The position numbers and the translations under genes were made by a program. 64,000 bases of DNA from Actinomycetota bacterium (GTDB taxonomy: Bacteria; Actinomycetota; Acidimicrobiia; Acidimicrobiales; VFJN01). Location: positions 1,074-65,073 of the forward strand of contig JBKPHT010000126.1 of assembly GCA_046730015.1 (NCBI GenBank), in the 5' to 3' direction. This document shows, piece by piece, positions 38,098-48,053 of the stretch (within the stretch, counting starts at the first letter, position 1; the number at the start of each line of letters is the position of its first letter). The notes beneath the pieces were generated by a model that was given only the letters and a program-made list of their open reading frames with translations, ran no database searches and had not been told where the DNA came from.

Positions 38098-40563
38098 ATG
38101 GCTGGGAACGCCCCTCAGATACCCGGATGCCGCGACCTGTCCCTCATCGGGGAGCGCGTCGCGCGCAGCCTGTTCGCTGCCACCAGCGATCGGGTGGGCC
38201 GGCCTGTGACCGTGACGCTGTACCCGCCGCTGAGCGAAGGCCGCACCCGGGCGGACTTCGACCGGGCCGCCGCCACGGCCCAGCGGCTGGGCGTGCACCC
38301 GAGCGTCATCACCATCCACGACTGGGGGCACACCGACGACGACCGGCCCTGGATCGTGACCGATCCGCAGCCCGCCGAGGCGGTCGACACGCTGCTCAAG
38401 CTCGACGGGCCACTGGAGGTCGAGCGGGCGCTGCAGGTGGGCGTCCTGCTCGCCGGCGCCCTGGAGACCGCCCACCGGGCCGGGATCGTCCACGGCGACC
38501 TGTCGCCGACCCGCCTGGTGTTCGGCGCCCAGGGTGAGCCGCTGCTGGCGGAGACGGGCCTGGCGCCGTTCGCCGTGTTCCCGGGCCTGAGCGCGCTCAA
38601 CAACCCGGTCCGCTACCACGCCCCGCCGGAAGTGCTGGAGCGCGACGAGATCACCCCGGCGACCGACGTCTACTCGCTGGCCACCACCGTGTACGCCCTG
38701 CTCGCGGGCAGGGCCCCGCAGGAGAAGCCGGCCGAGATCACCGACAGCAACGCGTCGCTGCTGCTGCGGATCCTGCAGATGGCGGTGCCGCCCATCGGCC
38801 GGCCGGGACTGCCGCCGGGCCTGATGGACGCGTTGCGGGGCCCCCTGTCGGCCGTGCCCGACAAGCGTCCGCAGCAGGCGATCGAGATGGCCTGGCTGCT
38901 GCAGGACGTGCAGCGCCGGTCCGGCCTGGCGGTGACGGAGCCGGTGGTGCTCGACCTCGACGACATCCCGGCCCGCCCCCCGGCCGCGCGGGCCCGCTCG
39001 TCGTCGTGGGCGGGTGTGGGGTTGCCAGCGCGCCCGCCGGCGGCCGCCCCCGCACCGGAGGTGTTCCCGGCGCCGACGATCTTTCCGTTCGCTCCGGGCG
39101 GCGGCGGGCTCGGCGCCCCGGCGGTCCGGCCGGCGACCGGCAACGGGGATGGCGCGGGCCATGGCAACGGTGCCGGTCCGATCTGGCCGAGCGTCCCGGG
39201 CGTTGCCGCGGCCGAGCCCGAGGTCGACGACGAGCCGGACGGGGCGTGGGACGGGGAACCGGACGACGAGCACGACGGCGGCCTCCCCCGCCACCTGGCG
39301 GCGGGCGCCGAGGAGGCGCCGCCCACGCTGTGGCCGACCAGGCTGCCGACCGCCGACGAGCCGCCGGTGGAGCTGCCGGCGTGGGCGCGGCCGCCGGACC
39401 CGGAGCCCCCGCTGCCCCGGCGGGACCGCCCAGTGTCGTGGGATGCGCCCCCCACCACCCCGGCGCCGGTGGCGCCGCCGGCGTTCGCGCCGCTTCCCGA
39501 GCCGGAGCCTGCGCCCGAGCCCGAGCACGACCACGAGGGCACGGTGCCGCTCCCGCGCCCGCCCGAGTTGGACGTCCTCCCGTCCTGGTACACCGACCCG
39601 CTGCCGAACGGCCAGCGTCCGGCCCCGACGGCGGAGCCCGGTGCCGACCCGACCTGGCCGCCGCTGCCGGTCGTCGAGGCGCCGGTCAGCTCGTCCGACC
39701 GCCCGCTGCCGGGGTCGGGCGACGAGCTGCGCTCGCTGTTCGGCCAGGTGGTGGGCGATCCGGAGCCACCGGCCCCGGTGCCCGCGCCCCCGTCGCCTCC
39801 CGTCCCCTCGGCGCCGTGGGACCGCGACGTCGACCCGCTGGGGCCCCCGGACACGCGCCCCCCGCTCGACCTCAGCAAGCTCCACGCCTTCGAGCCGCCG
39901 CCGCCGGTAGCGGCCTACGCGCCGGCCCCGACGACCGGCCGGAGCGGCCGCCCGGCCGAGGGCGGCGCCTACCGGTCCCCAGCCTCCGCGGCCGAAGCGC
40001 CGGTGCGAGCGACACGGGCCACGACGACCCTCGGGCGGCCGCCCGAGCGGCGGGACGGCGGGCCGCCCCCGGCCGCCGAGGCGGCGCTCCGGAACGCGAT
40101 GGCGGCCGGGCCGGCGGCCCTGCCGGTGATCGTGCTGGTCGTCGTGGTGGCCATCCTCGTGCTCGGCATCGGCTGGCTCGTGGTCGCCGGCGACGACGCC
40201 GCACCGTCGGCGTCGGAGCGGCAGGACGCCTCGCAGGCGGACGACGGTGGCGCCCCGGCCGGCGTCGTAGCCGAGGCGGCCGCGGGCGGCGTCCAGGTGT
40301 CGTGGGACGGCCCGTCCGACGCCAGCTACGTCGTGACCGTGCTGTCGGCCACGGCTCCGCCCCAGGTGCTGGCGCCGACGGTGGGCACCTCCACCGTCGT
40401 CCCCGCCGCACCGCCCGGACCGGCCGGCGACCTCCGCTGCTTCACGGTGGCCACCGTCCCCGAGGCGGGCCGCACCGCGGCGGTCTCGGCGCCGGCGTGC
40501 CTGCCCGGGGCGTCCGCGGCCACGATGCAGCAGGCGCCGGCGCAGGCGCCGGCGCCCGGCTGA
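38098..40563 (+). CDS. Membrane-anchored Ser/Thr protein kinase-like protein with degenerate catalytic motifs (pseudokinase)
   Basis: Last 821 aa of track ORF 36970..40563, from ATG 38098. Kinase-fold landmarks are present (HGDLSPTRL, APPEVLE, DVYSLATTVYALLAGRAP). It lacks the Gly-rich loop, the VAIK lysine (VTVTLY) and the DFG motif (ETGLA). It continues with about 430 aa of Pro-rich linker, one TM helix (LPVIVLVVVVAILVLGIGWLVV), and an extracytoplasmic domain of about 130 aa with 2 Cys. Confidence 0.7.
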   Translation: MAGNAPQIPGCRDLSLIGERVARSLFAATSDRVGRPVTVTLYPPLSEGRTRADFDRAAATAQRLGVHPSVITIHDWGHTDDDRPWIVTDPQPAEAVDTLLKLDGPLEVERALQVGVLLAGALETAHRAGIVHGDLSPTRLVFGAQGEPLLAETGLAPFAVFPGLSALNNPVRYHAPPEVLERDEITPATDVYSLATTVYALLAGRAPQEKPAEITDSNASLLLRILQMAVPPIGRPGLPPGLMDALRGPLSAVPDKRPQQAIEMAWLLQDVQRRSGLAVTEPVVLDLDDIPARPPAARARSSSWAGVGLPARPPAAAPAPEVFPAPTIFPFAPGGGGLGAPAVRPATGNGDGAGHGNGAGPIWPSVPGVAAAEPEVDDEPDGAWDGEPDDEHDGGLPRHLAAGAEEAPPTLWPTRLPTADEPPVELPAWARPPDPEPPLPRRDRPVSWDAPPTTPAPVAPPAFAPLPEPEPAPEPEHDHEGTVPLPRPPELDVLPSWYTDPLPNGQRPAPTAEPGADPTWPPLPVVEAPVSSSDRPLPGSGDELRSLFGQVVGDPEPPAPVPAPPSPPVPSAPWDRDVDPLGPPDTRPPLDLSKLHAFEPPPPVAAYAPAPTTGRSGRPAEGGAYRSPASAAEAPVRATRATTTLGRPPERRDGGPPPAAEAALRNAMAAGPAALPVIVLVVVVAILVLGIGWLVVAGDDAAPSASERQDASQADDGGAPAGVVAEAAAGGVQVSWDGPSDASYVVTVLSATAPPQVLAPTVGTSTVVPAAPPGPAGDLRCFTVATVPEAGRTAAVSAPACLPGASAATMQQAPAQAPAPG

Positions 40564-40596
40564 CCGGACGAAGGCGGTGACACTAGTGTCCACCGG

Positions 40597-42708
40597 GTGA
40601 TCCGGTGGCTGGGGCGCGAGCGACGTGATCGGCCGGCTTCCTTGTCACGGCCGTTCGACCGGGTGGCGGTCGTCGTCGCCGCGGTGTCCACCGCGGTGTT
40701 CGCACGGTTCCTCACCCTGGGCCGCCCGGATCTCCTGGCGACCCGGCCCATGGCCGATCTGTTCGACATCCAGGCCCGAAACCTCCTCGACGGCCATCTG
40801 AGCGGACCGCGCGGCACCTTCGGGCTCGAGGAGTTCGTCATCGACGGACGGTCGCTGACCTATTTCGGGCTGTTCCCGTCGATCATTCGCATGCCCGTCC
40901 TGGCCGTGACCGACAGCCTCGACGGCCGGCTGACGACACTGTCGATGCTCGTCGCCTACGTCCTTGCCCTGGCTGCGACCGCCCAGCTGATCCGGCGGGT
41001 ACACGACCTGCTCTCCCCCGGACCGTGGACGCGGCACGCCGTGGTGGTGTCGAGCGCACTGCTGGCCGTGGTCGGGCTCGGCTCGAACCTCATGTTCCTC
41101 GGCGCGACCGCATGGGTCTACACCGAGGCCTCGCTGTGGGGAGCCGCCGGCGCGCTGGCCTCCTTCGCCGCGGTCGTGGGGTTCCTCCAGCGGCCAGATC
41201 GCCTTCGCCACGTGGTGATCGCCGGCCTGTGGGCGGCCGTGGCCTGGCTGTCGCGGGGCTCGGTGGGCATGGCGCCCGCCGTCGCGCTCGGGCTCCTCGG
41301 TGTCGCGCACCTGACGGGCTGGCGGGTCGCGGGGGCCCTCGCGCCCCGGCCGGACACGGAGAGTGCGGCTCCCGCCACCGCGAGGCCGCGCGACATTCCA
41401 ACCGCTGCGGCACTGCTGACCGCCGCCGTCCTGCCGGCGCTCGCTTTCGTGGTCGTCAACCTTGCGAAGTTCGGCTCCCCGTTGACCATCCCGTTCGGCC
41501 GCCAGAGCGCCGCGGCGTTCCCCACCCGTGCGGCCGCGCTCGACGAGTACGGGGGCAACCTGTTCTCGCTGCGCCTCGTGCTGCCCAATCTGGTGCACAT
41601 GCTGCGGCCCGACCTCGTCGAGCCGACCAGGATGTGGCCCCTCGTGGACTTCACCCGCCACGGCCCACCGACGTTCGGCGGGGTCGTCTTCGACACCGTC
41701 GAGTCGACGGTGGGGCTGCCGACGCTGATGCCCGCGCTGCTGGTGCTCGGTGCCGTGGGCGCGGTGGCGATCCTGCGGCACCGCCCGACGGCGGCGCCGC
41801 CGGGCGACGGGCTGTCGGCCGCCCGCCTCCTGCGGCCGCTGCTGATCGGCGGGGCCATTGCCGCGGCCGTCCCCCTCACCATCGCCTTCGTGGCCCAGCG
41901 CTACGCCACCGATGCCATGCCGCTCCTGATCACGGCGGCCTGTGCCGGCGCGGTCGCGTTCGAGCACTGGTGGACGCCGCGGGCCGGGGTGCGCGTCCAC
42001 GTCGTCGTGGCCGCGCTCGGGGTGCTGGCGGTGGTGGGCATCTACGTGACGTCGGCGACGACCTGGCTGTACGGGCGTCTGGAGGCGCCGCCCGACGCGG
42101 CGACGCGCGCGGCGGCTCTCGAGGTTCAGGCGGCGGCGAGCGACCTGCCCGGCGTCGGCCCGGTCCCGGTGACCCGACTGGACCGGCTCCCCGCCCGTGT
42201 GGACCGGGCCGGCGAGCCGGTCGTGGTGGGCTCGTGCGAGGGGCTCTACTGGGGCCAGTACGACGGCTGGTTCACCGTCGAGGCCACGCCGGCCCGGGGC
42301 CATCACCGGCTGCGGCTCTCGCTCCCGTCGTCGCTCCGCGAACCGGTCGCCCTGCTTGCGCTGGGCGGCGAGGCGAACCACGTGGCGGTCGGCGTGCAGA
42401 GCGCGGGTGACGGGCGGGTGCGGTTCATGGTGAGCACCGGCGCGGCCACGACACGCGGTGAGCCCGTCGCGCTGGGCCCGGGACCCGACCACGAGCTGGA
42501 CGTGTGGGCCGAGCCCGGCACGAACTCCATCACGGTCGACGTCGACGGCCGGAGGGCGTTCCAAGGCTGGGTCGAGCCGCCGTCGACCGGAGCCGTGGCC
42601 GTCGGTGCCAACCCGTTCGCCGGACCCATCGCCGACCCGCCCCCGGGCACGGTCACCGAGCTCCCCGTCGCGACGCCGGCCTGCGACCGGCTGCTCGCTC
42701 AGGGTTGA
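40597..42708 (+). CDS. Large polytopic membrane protein, GT-C-like, with a C-terminal extracytoplasmic beta-rich domain
   Basis: 703-aa ORF with a GTG start. Multiple TM helices, a first-loop motif PMADLFDIQARNLLD resembling that of the 31452 protein, and a soluble C-terminal region of about 200 aa. Confidence 0.6.
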   Translation: MIRWLGRERRDRPASLSRPFDRVAVVVAAVSTAVFARFLTLGRPDLLATRPMADLFDIQARNLLDGHLSGPRGTFGLEEFVIDGRSLTYFGLFPSIIRMPVLAVTDSLDGRLTTLSMLVAYVLALAATAQLIRRVHDLLSPGPWTRHAVVVSSALLAVVGLGSNLMFLGATAWVYTEASLWGAAGALASFAAVVGFLQRPDRLRHVVIAGLWAAVAWLSRGSVGMAPAVALGLLGVAHLTGWRVAGALAPRPDTESAAPATARPRDIPTAAALLTAAVLPALAFVVVNLAKFGSPLTIPFGRQSAAAFPTRAAALDEYGGNLFSLRLVLPNLVHMLRPDLVEPTRMWPLVDFTRHGPPTFGGVVFDTVESTVGLPTLMPALLVLGAVGAVAILRHRPTAAPPGDGLSAARLLRPLLIGGAIAAAVPLTIAFVAQRYATDAMPLLITAACAGAVAFEHWWTPRAGVRVHVVVAALGVLAVVGIYVTSATTWLYGRLEAPPDAATRAAALEVQAAASDLPGVGPVPVTRLDRLPARVDRAGEPVVVGSCEGLYWGQYDGWFTVEATPARGHHRLRLSLPSSLREPVALLALGGEANHVAVGVQSAGDGRVRFMVSTGAATTRGEPVALGPGPDHELDVWAEPGTNSITVDVDGRRAFQGWVEPPSTGAVAVGANPFAGPIADPPPGTVTELPVATPACDRLLAQG

Positions 42709-44141
42709 GCGGCGACTCCGGACTGCCATCCGGGTTCGTCCGCCGACGGCGCCACCTCGACCAGCCAGGTGGAGGTGAAGAGCTTCGGGGCGACGACGAG
42801 GCCCAAGGCGTCGACCCGGGCCGACCACTTGCCCCGCGACCGCCCCGGATCGACCGTGGTGATGCCGCGCGCCTCCCACCGGCGGGGCTCCAGGCCCCCC
42901 GCCCGGAGCAGCCGGGCCAGCGAGTCGCGCGTGAAGAATCGGACGTTGGACTCCGCCAGGGCGCCGTGGCGCTCGTAGGTGAAGCGCCCGGTGGCCGCCC
43001 GGGCTCGCGGGTACCAGTGGGCGACGTTGGCCACCGCCAGCACCGCCACCCCGCCCGGCCGCAGCGCCCGCCGGAGGGTCTCCAACGACTGCTCGGGCCG
43101 CACCGAACGCTCGAGCAGGCCGACCGCGGCGACGACGTCGAAGCCCCCGCCCTCCGCCGGATCGCCACCGGCCTCGGCGACGGCGCGGCGGGCGTCGCCG
43201 GTGTCGTCGCAGCCGTCGAGGTCGACGGTCGTGACGTCGTGGCCGGCGGCGGCGAGATCGTCGGTGAGCACCTGGGCCGGCTCGGGCTCGGCCACCACCA
43301 GGGCGCGGCCCGCAGGCCGGCCCGACAGCCAGGCGGCCATGCGGTGCCCGAGGCCCTCGGCGAGCTGGGCCGCCGGGCCCACCCCGGCTGGTGTGTCGTC
43401 GACCACGCCGAGACCCAACTGGTGGGCGCGGTAGCGGATGACGTCGGCCACGATGTCCTTGGCGTACCGCAGGCCGTTGACGTAGGAGATCTCGTCGCCG
43501 TAGAAGGTCGGGATCGGGATCTCGACGATCCGCTTCCCGGCGTGGTGGAGCTGCAGGATGATGCCGGTGTCGAAGTCGTACTCGTCGGAGTTCCGCTCGA
43601 AGTCGACGGCGCGCAGGGCGGGCACGCTGTAGGCGCGGTAGCCGCTGTGCCACTCGCTCAGGTCGGTGCCCACGACGCGGTTCTCGAACGTCGACAGCAC
43701 CTTGTTGCCGATGTACTTGTACAGCGGCATGCCGCCGCGCAGGGCGTCGCCCCGCTGCATCATCCGCGAACCGAACACGGCGTCGGCCTCGCCGCGCTCG
43801 AGCGGCGCGACGATGTCGGGCAGCATCTCCGGTGCGTACTGGCCGTCGGCGTGCAGCAGCACCGCGATGTCGAAGCCCTGATCGATCGCCCACCGGTAGC
43901 CGGTCTTCTGGTTGCCGCCGTAGCCGAGGTTGCGTTCCTGGCGGATGACCGTGAGCGGTAGGGGCCGCTCGGTCGCCTGCTGGTAGCCCAGCCCGACGAG
44001 GTACGTCGGGTCCTCGCTGTGGTTGTCGCACACCAGCACGCCGCTGATCCGGCTCGCGAACTCGTCGGGGATGCGGTCGAGCACCTTGGCCAGCGTGGCG
44101 GCCGCGTTGTACGCGACCACGACGATTCCGATCCGCTTCAC
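42699..44141 (-). CDS. Family 2 glycosyltransferase fused to a class I methyltransferase-like domain
   Basis: Last 480 aa of track ORF 42699..44720, from GTG 44139-44141 (VKRIGIVVVAYNAAATL...). GT2 features: DNHSEDPT and LLHADGQYAP. The C-terminal half has FDVVAAVGLLERSVRPEQSLETLRRALRPGGVAVLAVAN (MTase motifs II/III), but the motif I position reads ALVVAEPEPAQ (no glycine loop). Confidence 0.75.
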   Translation of the reverse strand: MKRIGIVVVAYNAAATLAKVLDRIPDEFASRISGVLVCDNHSEDPTYLVGLGYQQATERPLPLTVIRQERNLGYGGNQKTGYRWAIDQGFDIAVLLHADGQYAPEMLPDIVAPLERGEADAVFGSRMMQRGDALRGGMPLYKYIGNKVLSTFENRVVGTDLSEWHSGYRAYSVPALRAVDFERNSDEYDFDTGIILQLHHAGKRIVEIPIPTFYGDEISYVNGLRYAKDIVADVIRYRAHQLGLGVVDDTPAGVGPAAQLAEGLGHRMAAWLSGRPAGRALVVAEPEPAQVLTDDLAAAGHDVTTVDLDGCDDTGDARRAVAEAGGDPAEGGGFDVVAAVGLLERSVRPEQSLETLRRALRPGGVAVLAVANVAHWYPRARAATGRFTYERHGALAESNVRFFTRDSLARLLRAGGLEPRRWEARGITTVDPGRSRGKWSARVDALGLVVAPKLFTSTWLVEVAPSADEPGWQSGVAAQP

Positions 44142-45073
44142 GGCTGCTCCCCAGGAGTAGTCGGGTGTGACGCGCGCCCCGGCAGGGTAGCCGACGGCCC
44201 GAACAGGGGTCGGAGCCCGGCGACGAGGTCGATCCGGGGACGCCACCCGGGTACCGGGCCGCCGGGGGCGCGAGGCACGAGGGCGTCGACCGGCCGGTCG
44301 GGCCGCGCTCCCCACTGCACGGGCAGGGCCCGTCCGGCCGCCTCCTCGGCTCGGGCCACCACCTGCCGCACGGTCAGCGGCGCCCCGGAGGAGACCACGA
44401 ACGACCCGGCGAGGTCGGGTCGCCGCACCAACCCGTCTGCGACCATGACGAACGCGGCCACGACGTCGTCGACGTGGACGAGGTCGACGACCTGGCCACC
44501 GGAGCGCATCGGCAGCAGCTCCCCGGTGCCCGCCGCCCGGAGCAGCGCGGGCACGAGCTTGGGCCGGCGGTCGCCGGGCCCGTAGGTGTCGGCGAGCGTG
44601 AGACGGGCGACCGGCAGCCCGTGAGCCACGGTGTAGGCCCTGAGGATGTCGGCCAGCGCCTGCTTGGTGGCCGCGTAGAGGTTGGCCGGGGCGTAGGCGG
44701 CGCCGCCGATGTGCTGCCACACGGTCCCCGTGTCCACGAGCGGGACCCCGCCGGCGGCCACGAGCGCCTCGGCCAGCCGGGCGCCGAACACGACGTTGGC
44801 GTCGAGCATCGGGACGACGTCGTCAGGCCCGTGGACGGCGACGAACACGGTGGCCAGGTGCAGGCACACGTCGGGCCGCGCTGCCAGGACGGCGGCGGCG
44901 AGCTCGCCGGGGTCGCCGGGGATGGGGACGACCTCGACCCCGGCGGGCAGTCGGGACCGGCCCGGGTCGCGCACGAGCGCGACGACGTCCCGGTCGTCGG
45001 TGAGGAGGTGGCGCACGAGGTGCCCGCCGACGAACCCGGTGGCGCCGGTCACGAGGCAGCGGGCCGCGGTCAC
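44138..45073 (-). CDS. NAD(P)-dependent sugar-nucleotide reductase/epimerase (extended SDR; AscF-like position)
   Basis: Last 311 aa of track ORF 44138..46264, from GTG 45071-45073. VTGATGFVGGHLV and YAATKQALA (YxxxK). GTGA overlaps at both ends. Confidence 0.75.
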   Translation of the reverse strand: MTAARCLVTGATGFVGGHLVRHLLTDDRDVVALVRDPGRSRLPAGVEVVPIPGDPGELAAAVLAARPDVCLHLATVFVAVHGPDDVVPMLDANVVFGARLAEALVAAGGVPLVDTGTVWQHIGGAAYAPANLYAATKQALADILRAYTVAHGLPVARLTLADTYGPGDRRPKLVPALLRAAGTGELLPMRSGGQVVDLVHVDDVVAAFVMVADGLVRRPDLAGSFVVSSGAPLTVRQVVARAEEAAGRALPVQWGARPDRPVDALVPRAPGGPVPGWRPRIDLVAGLRPLFGPSATLPGRASHPTTPGEQP

Positions 45074-45657
45074 CCGTCGGCCGCGTAGGTGAACGGCGAC
45101 CGGAACCGGTCGAGCGGCGGGAACCCGCGGTCGCGGCCGCTGATCGCGGTGGGTGGCAGCGGCCAGGTGACGCCGACGCTGTCCCAGCGGATGCCGCGGT
45201 CGTGCTCGGGGGCGTGCTCGGTGGAGACCACGTACGCGACGATCGTGTCGTCGACGAGCGCCTGGAAGCCGTGGGCGACGCCGGGCGGCAGGTGCAGCTG
45301 GCCGGGCGCCGCTCCGTCGAGCCGGAAGCGCACGGCGCGGCCCTCCGCCGGCGATCCGGCCCGCAGGTCGACCACGACGTCCACGACGGCACCGCTGAGG
45401 CACACCACGGTCTTGGCATGGTCGTGGGGCGGCACCTGGAAGTGCAGGCCCCGCAGCGCCCCTCGCTGCGACGACGACAGGTACACCTCGCGCACCCGGC
45501 CCTCGCCGCCGGCGGCCTCGATGCGGCTGGCCTGGAACGCCTTGACGAACCACCCGCGGCCGTCCTCGTGACGCGGCAGGGGGGCGTAGACGACCCCCGG
45601 CACCGGCACCTCGTCGACCGGGCCCGACCAGGGCGCGCCGGACACCGGCTCGACCAT
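45070..45657 (-). CDS. Sugar-nucleotide 3,5-(or 5-)epimerase, RmlC/cupin family (AscE-like position)
   Basis: 195-aa ORF. RGLHFQ motif, and HGFQAL and EHDRGIRWDS as in dTDP-4-dehydrorhamnose 3,5-epimerase-type enzymes. Confidence 0.8.
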   Translation of the reverse strand: MVEPVSGAPWSGPVDEVPVPGVVYAPLPRHEDGRGWFVKAFQASRIEAAGGEGRVREVYLSSSQRGALRGLHFQVPPHDHAKTVVCLSGAVVDVVVDLRAGSPAEGRAVRFRLDGAAPGQLHLPPGVAHGFQALVDDTIVAYVVSTEHAPEHDRGIRWDSVGVTWPLPPTAISGRDRGFPPLDRFRSPFTYAADG

Positions 45658-45663
45658 GGTGGC

Positions 45664-47049
45664 TCAGGCCCGAGCCGCCGCCCGCCGCAGCGCGGCCGGC
45701 CGCGGGAAGCGCACGGGGGTGGCCACGAACGACCGGATCGAGGCGGCGATGTGGTCGAGCATCTCGTCGCTGAGGCCGGGCCAGCAGCCGACCCAGAACG
45801 TGCGCTCGGCGACGGCGTCGGTGATGGTCAGGTCGCCCGCCACCCGGTGCGCGACGCCGGCGAACGCGGGCTGGCGCAGCAGGTTGCCACCGAAGAGCAG
45901 TCGGGTGGCCACCCGCTGCTCCTCGAGCCGGCGGAGCAGGTCCCACCGCTCGAACGGCGCGTCCTCGGCCAGCGTGATCACGAAGCCGAACCAGCTGGGC
46001 TCGCTGTTCGGCGTGGGCTGCGGCAGCACCAGGTAGGGCACGCCGTCGAGGGCGTCCCGGAGGCGGACCCAGTTGCGGCGCCGGGCGGCGACGAACCCGT
46101 CGAGCTTGTCGAGCTGGGCCACGCCGACCGCCGCCTGCAGGTCGGTGGCCTTCAGGTTGTAGCCGAGCCGGCGGTAGATGTACTTGTGGTCGTAGCCGGA
46201 CGGGAGGTCGCCCGCCTGCCAGCCGAAGCGGCGTCCGCAGGTGTTGTCGGCCCCCGGCTCGCACCAGCAGTCCCGGCCCCAGTCGCGCACCGACTCGACG
46301 ATGGTGTGGAGGTCGCCCCGCGACGTGAGCACGGCGCCGCCCTCGCCCATCGTGAGGTGGTGGGCCGGGTAGAAGCTGACGGTCGCGAGGTCGCCGAACG
46401 ACCCGACCGGCCGTCCCCGGTAGGTGGCCCCCACGGCGTCACAGGTGTCCTCGACGAGGAGCAGGTCGTGGCGGCGGCAGAGGTCGACGACCCGATCGAG
46501 GTCGAACGGGTTGCCCAGCGTGTGGGCCAGCATGACCGCGCGGGTCTGCGGGCCCACCGCCTCGTCGAGGCCGGTGGCGTCGATGTTGTAGGTCGCGGGA
46601 TCGAGGTCGACGAACACCGGCACGAGCCCGTTCTGCACGAGCGGCGCCACGGTGGTGGGGAAGCCACCGGCCACCGTGATCACCTCGTCACCCGGGCGGA
46701 GCGCCCGGTCGCCGAGCGCCCGGTCGGTCAGCGCGGTGGCCGCCAACAGGTTGGCCGACGAACCCGAGTTGCACAGCACCGCGTGCCCCACGCCCATCCG
46801 GGCCGCGAACCGCTCTTCGAAGTCACGGGCGAAGCGGCCCGTCGTCAGCCAGAAGTCGAGCGCGGCGTCGACGAGGTGCTGCATCTCGTCGCCGTCGAAG
46901 ACCTTGCCGGACACGGGGACGGGCGTGACGCCGGGCAGGAACGGCCGGTCGGCGAAGGCGGCGTCGTGGTAGTCGGCGACCTTGGCGAGGATGTCGGCGC
47001 GCAGCCGGGCGAGCTCGTCGGTCCCCGCACCGGGGGCGGGCACGGTCAC
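45664..47049 (-). CDS. rfbH: CDP-6-deoxy-L-threo-D-glycero-4-hexulose-3-dehydrase (E1; RfbH/DdhC)
   Basis: Last 461 aa of track ORF 45664..48033, from GTG 47047-47049. DegT/DnrJ-type fold in which the Schiff-base lysine position is His ([14 protein letters not shown]). The Cys pattern is C-X57-C-X1-C-X7-C (EDTC ... [12 protein letters not shown]; I counted the 57-residue spacer), which I remember as the E1 [2Fe-2S] motif. Confidence 0.85.
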   Translation of the reverse strand: MTVPAPGAGTDELARLRADILAKVADYHDAAFADRPFLPGVTPVPVSGKVFDGDEMQHLVDAALDFWLTTGRFARDFEERFAARMGVGHAVLCNSGSSANLLAATALTDRALGDRALRPGDEVITVAGGFPTTVAPLVQNGLVPVFVDLDPATYNIDATGLDEAVGPQTRAVMLAHTLGNPFDLDRVVDLCRRHDLLLVEDTCDAVGATYRGRPVGSFGDLATVSFYPAHHLTMGEGGAVLTSRGDLHTIVESVRDWGRDCWCEPGADNTCGRRFGWQAGDLPSGYDHKYIYRRLGYNLKATDLQAAVGVAQLDKLDGFVAARRRNWVRLRDALDGVPYLVLPQPTPNSEPSWFGFVITLAEDAPFERWDLLRRLEEQRVATRLLFGGNLLRQPAFAGVAHRVAGDLTITDAVAERTFWVGCWPGLSDEMLDHIAASIRSFVATPVRFPRPAALRRAAARA

Positions 47050-48053
47050 CGGTCGAACCTGTGCGGGTCGGTGGCGAACAGGTCGCGGTACCAGGCCACG
47101 GTCCCGGCCAGCCCGTCCGCGAGCGCCACCTCGGCCTTCCACCCCAGTTGGAGGCGGGCGCGGTCGGCGCGCAGGTGCTGGGCCGGGATCTCGTCGCTCG
47201 CCTCGCCGAGCACCCGAGGCACGGTGCCCGGGACGCCGGCGGCCAGGCAGACGGCCTCGTAGATCTCGAGGACGGTGCGGGGCGACTCGTCGCCGAAGTT
47301 GAACGCCACGTCCTCGGCGACACCGCGGTCGACGGCGTCGGCCAGGCTGAGGTAGCCGGCGACGGCGTCGCGGACGTGCAGGTAGTCGCGCACGAGGCTG
47401 CCGTCGCTGCGGATCGTCGGCTGGTCGCCCCGCAGCAGCGCCCGGATGGTGCCGGGAACGACGCGTGACCAGTTGAGGTCGCCGGGGCCGTAGATGTTGC
47501 CGCAGCGGGCGACGCCGACCGGCATGTCGTAGGTGACGGCGAACGAGCGGGCCACGATGTCGGCGCACGACTTGGACGCCTCGTAGGGCTGGACGCCGCC
47601 GAGCGGGTGGTCCTCGCCGTACGGCAGGTCGTCGCTCGCGCCGTAGGCCTTGTCGCTGGACGCGACCACCACGCGGCGGACGAGGTCCGGATGGCGGCGG
47701 GCCACGTCGAGGACGTTCCAGGTGCCGCGCACGTTGGTCTCGAACGTGGCCACGGGGTCTCGCCGGGCGGCCTGCACGAGGGTCTGCGCGCCGAGATGGA
47801 ACACGGTGGTCACGTCGTGGACCACCACCGCCCGCTCGACCGCCCGGGCGTCCTCGAGGTTTCCGTTGACGACCGTCACGTGTCGGATGGTGCCGGACCG
47901 GCGGAGCTCGCTGCGGGGGTCGTCGTCGAGGACGAGGGCGACGACCGGTGTCCCGGCCGCGACCAGCGTGGCGCACAGCTGGGAGCCGACCATGCCCGTG
48001 GCGCCGGTGACCAGCACCGGCTCGCCGTGCCAACCCCGGGGTGCGCCGCTCAC
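47046..48053 (-). CDS. rfbG: CDP-glucose 4,6-dehydratase
   Basis: Last 335 aa of track ORF 47046..48836, from GTG 48051-48053. [12 protein letters not shown] and [11 protein letters not shown] (YxxxK). Sits between rfbF and rfbH. Confidence 0.85.
   Translation of the reverse strand: MSGAPRGWHGEPVLVTGATGMVGSQLCATLVAAGTPVVALVLDDDPRSELRRSGTIRHVTVVNGNLEDARAVERAVVVHDVTTVFHLGAQTLVQAARRDPVATFETNVRGTWNVLDVARRHPDLVRRVVVASSDKAYGASDDLPYGEDHPLGGVQPYEASKSCADIVARSFAVTYDMPVGVARCGNIYGPGDLNWSRVVPGTIRALLRGDQPTIRSDGSLVRDYLHVRDAVAGYLSLADAVDRGVAEDVAFNFGDESPRTVLEIYEAVCLAAGVPGTVPRVLGEASDEIPAQHLRADRARLQLGWKAEVALADGLAGTVAWYRDLFATDPHRFDR

Noticed and set aside
40645-44031. 1128-aa minus-strand ORF spanning the GT-C-like gene and part of the GT2 gene. 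Also 49692..52028 antisense to aconitase and 56510..58648 antisense to citrate synthase.
   Set aside because: Same reasoning: no domains, extreme Arg/Gly/Pro content, and overlap with clearly recognisable genes.
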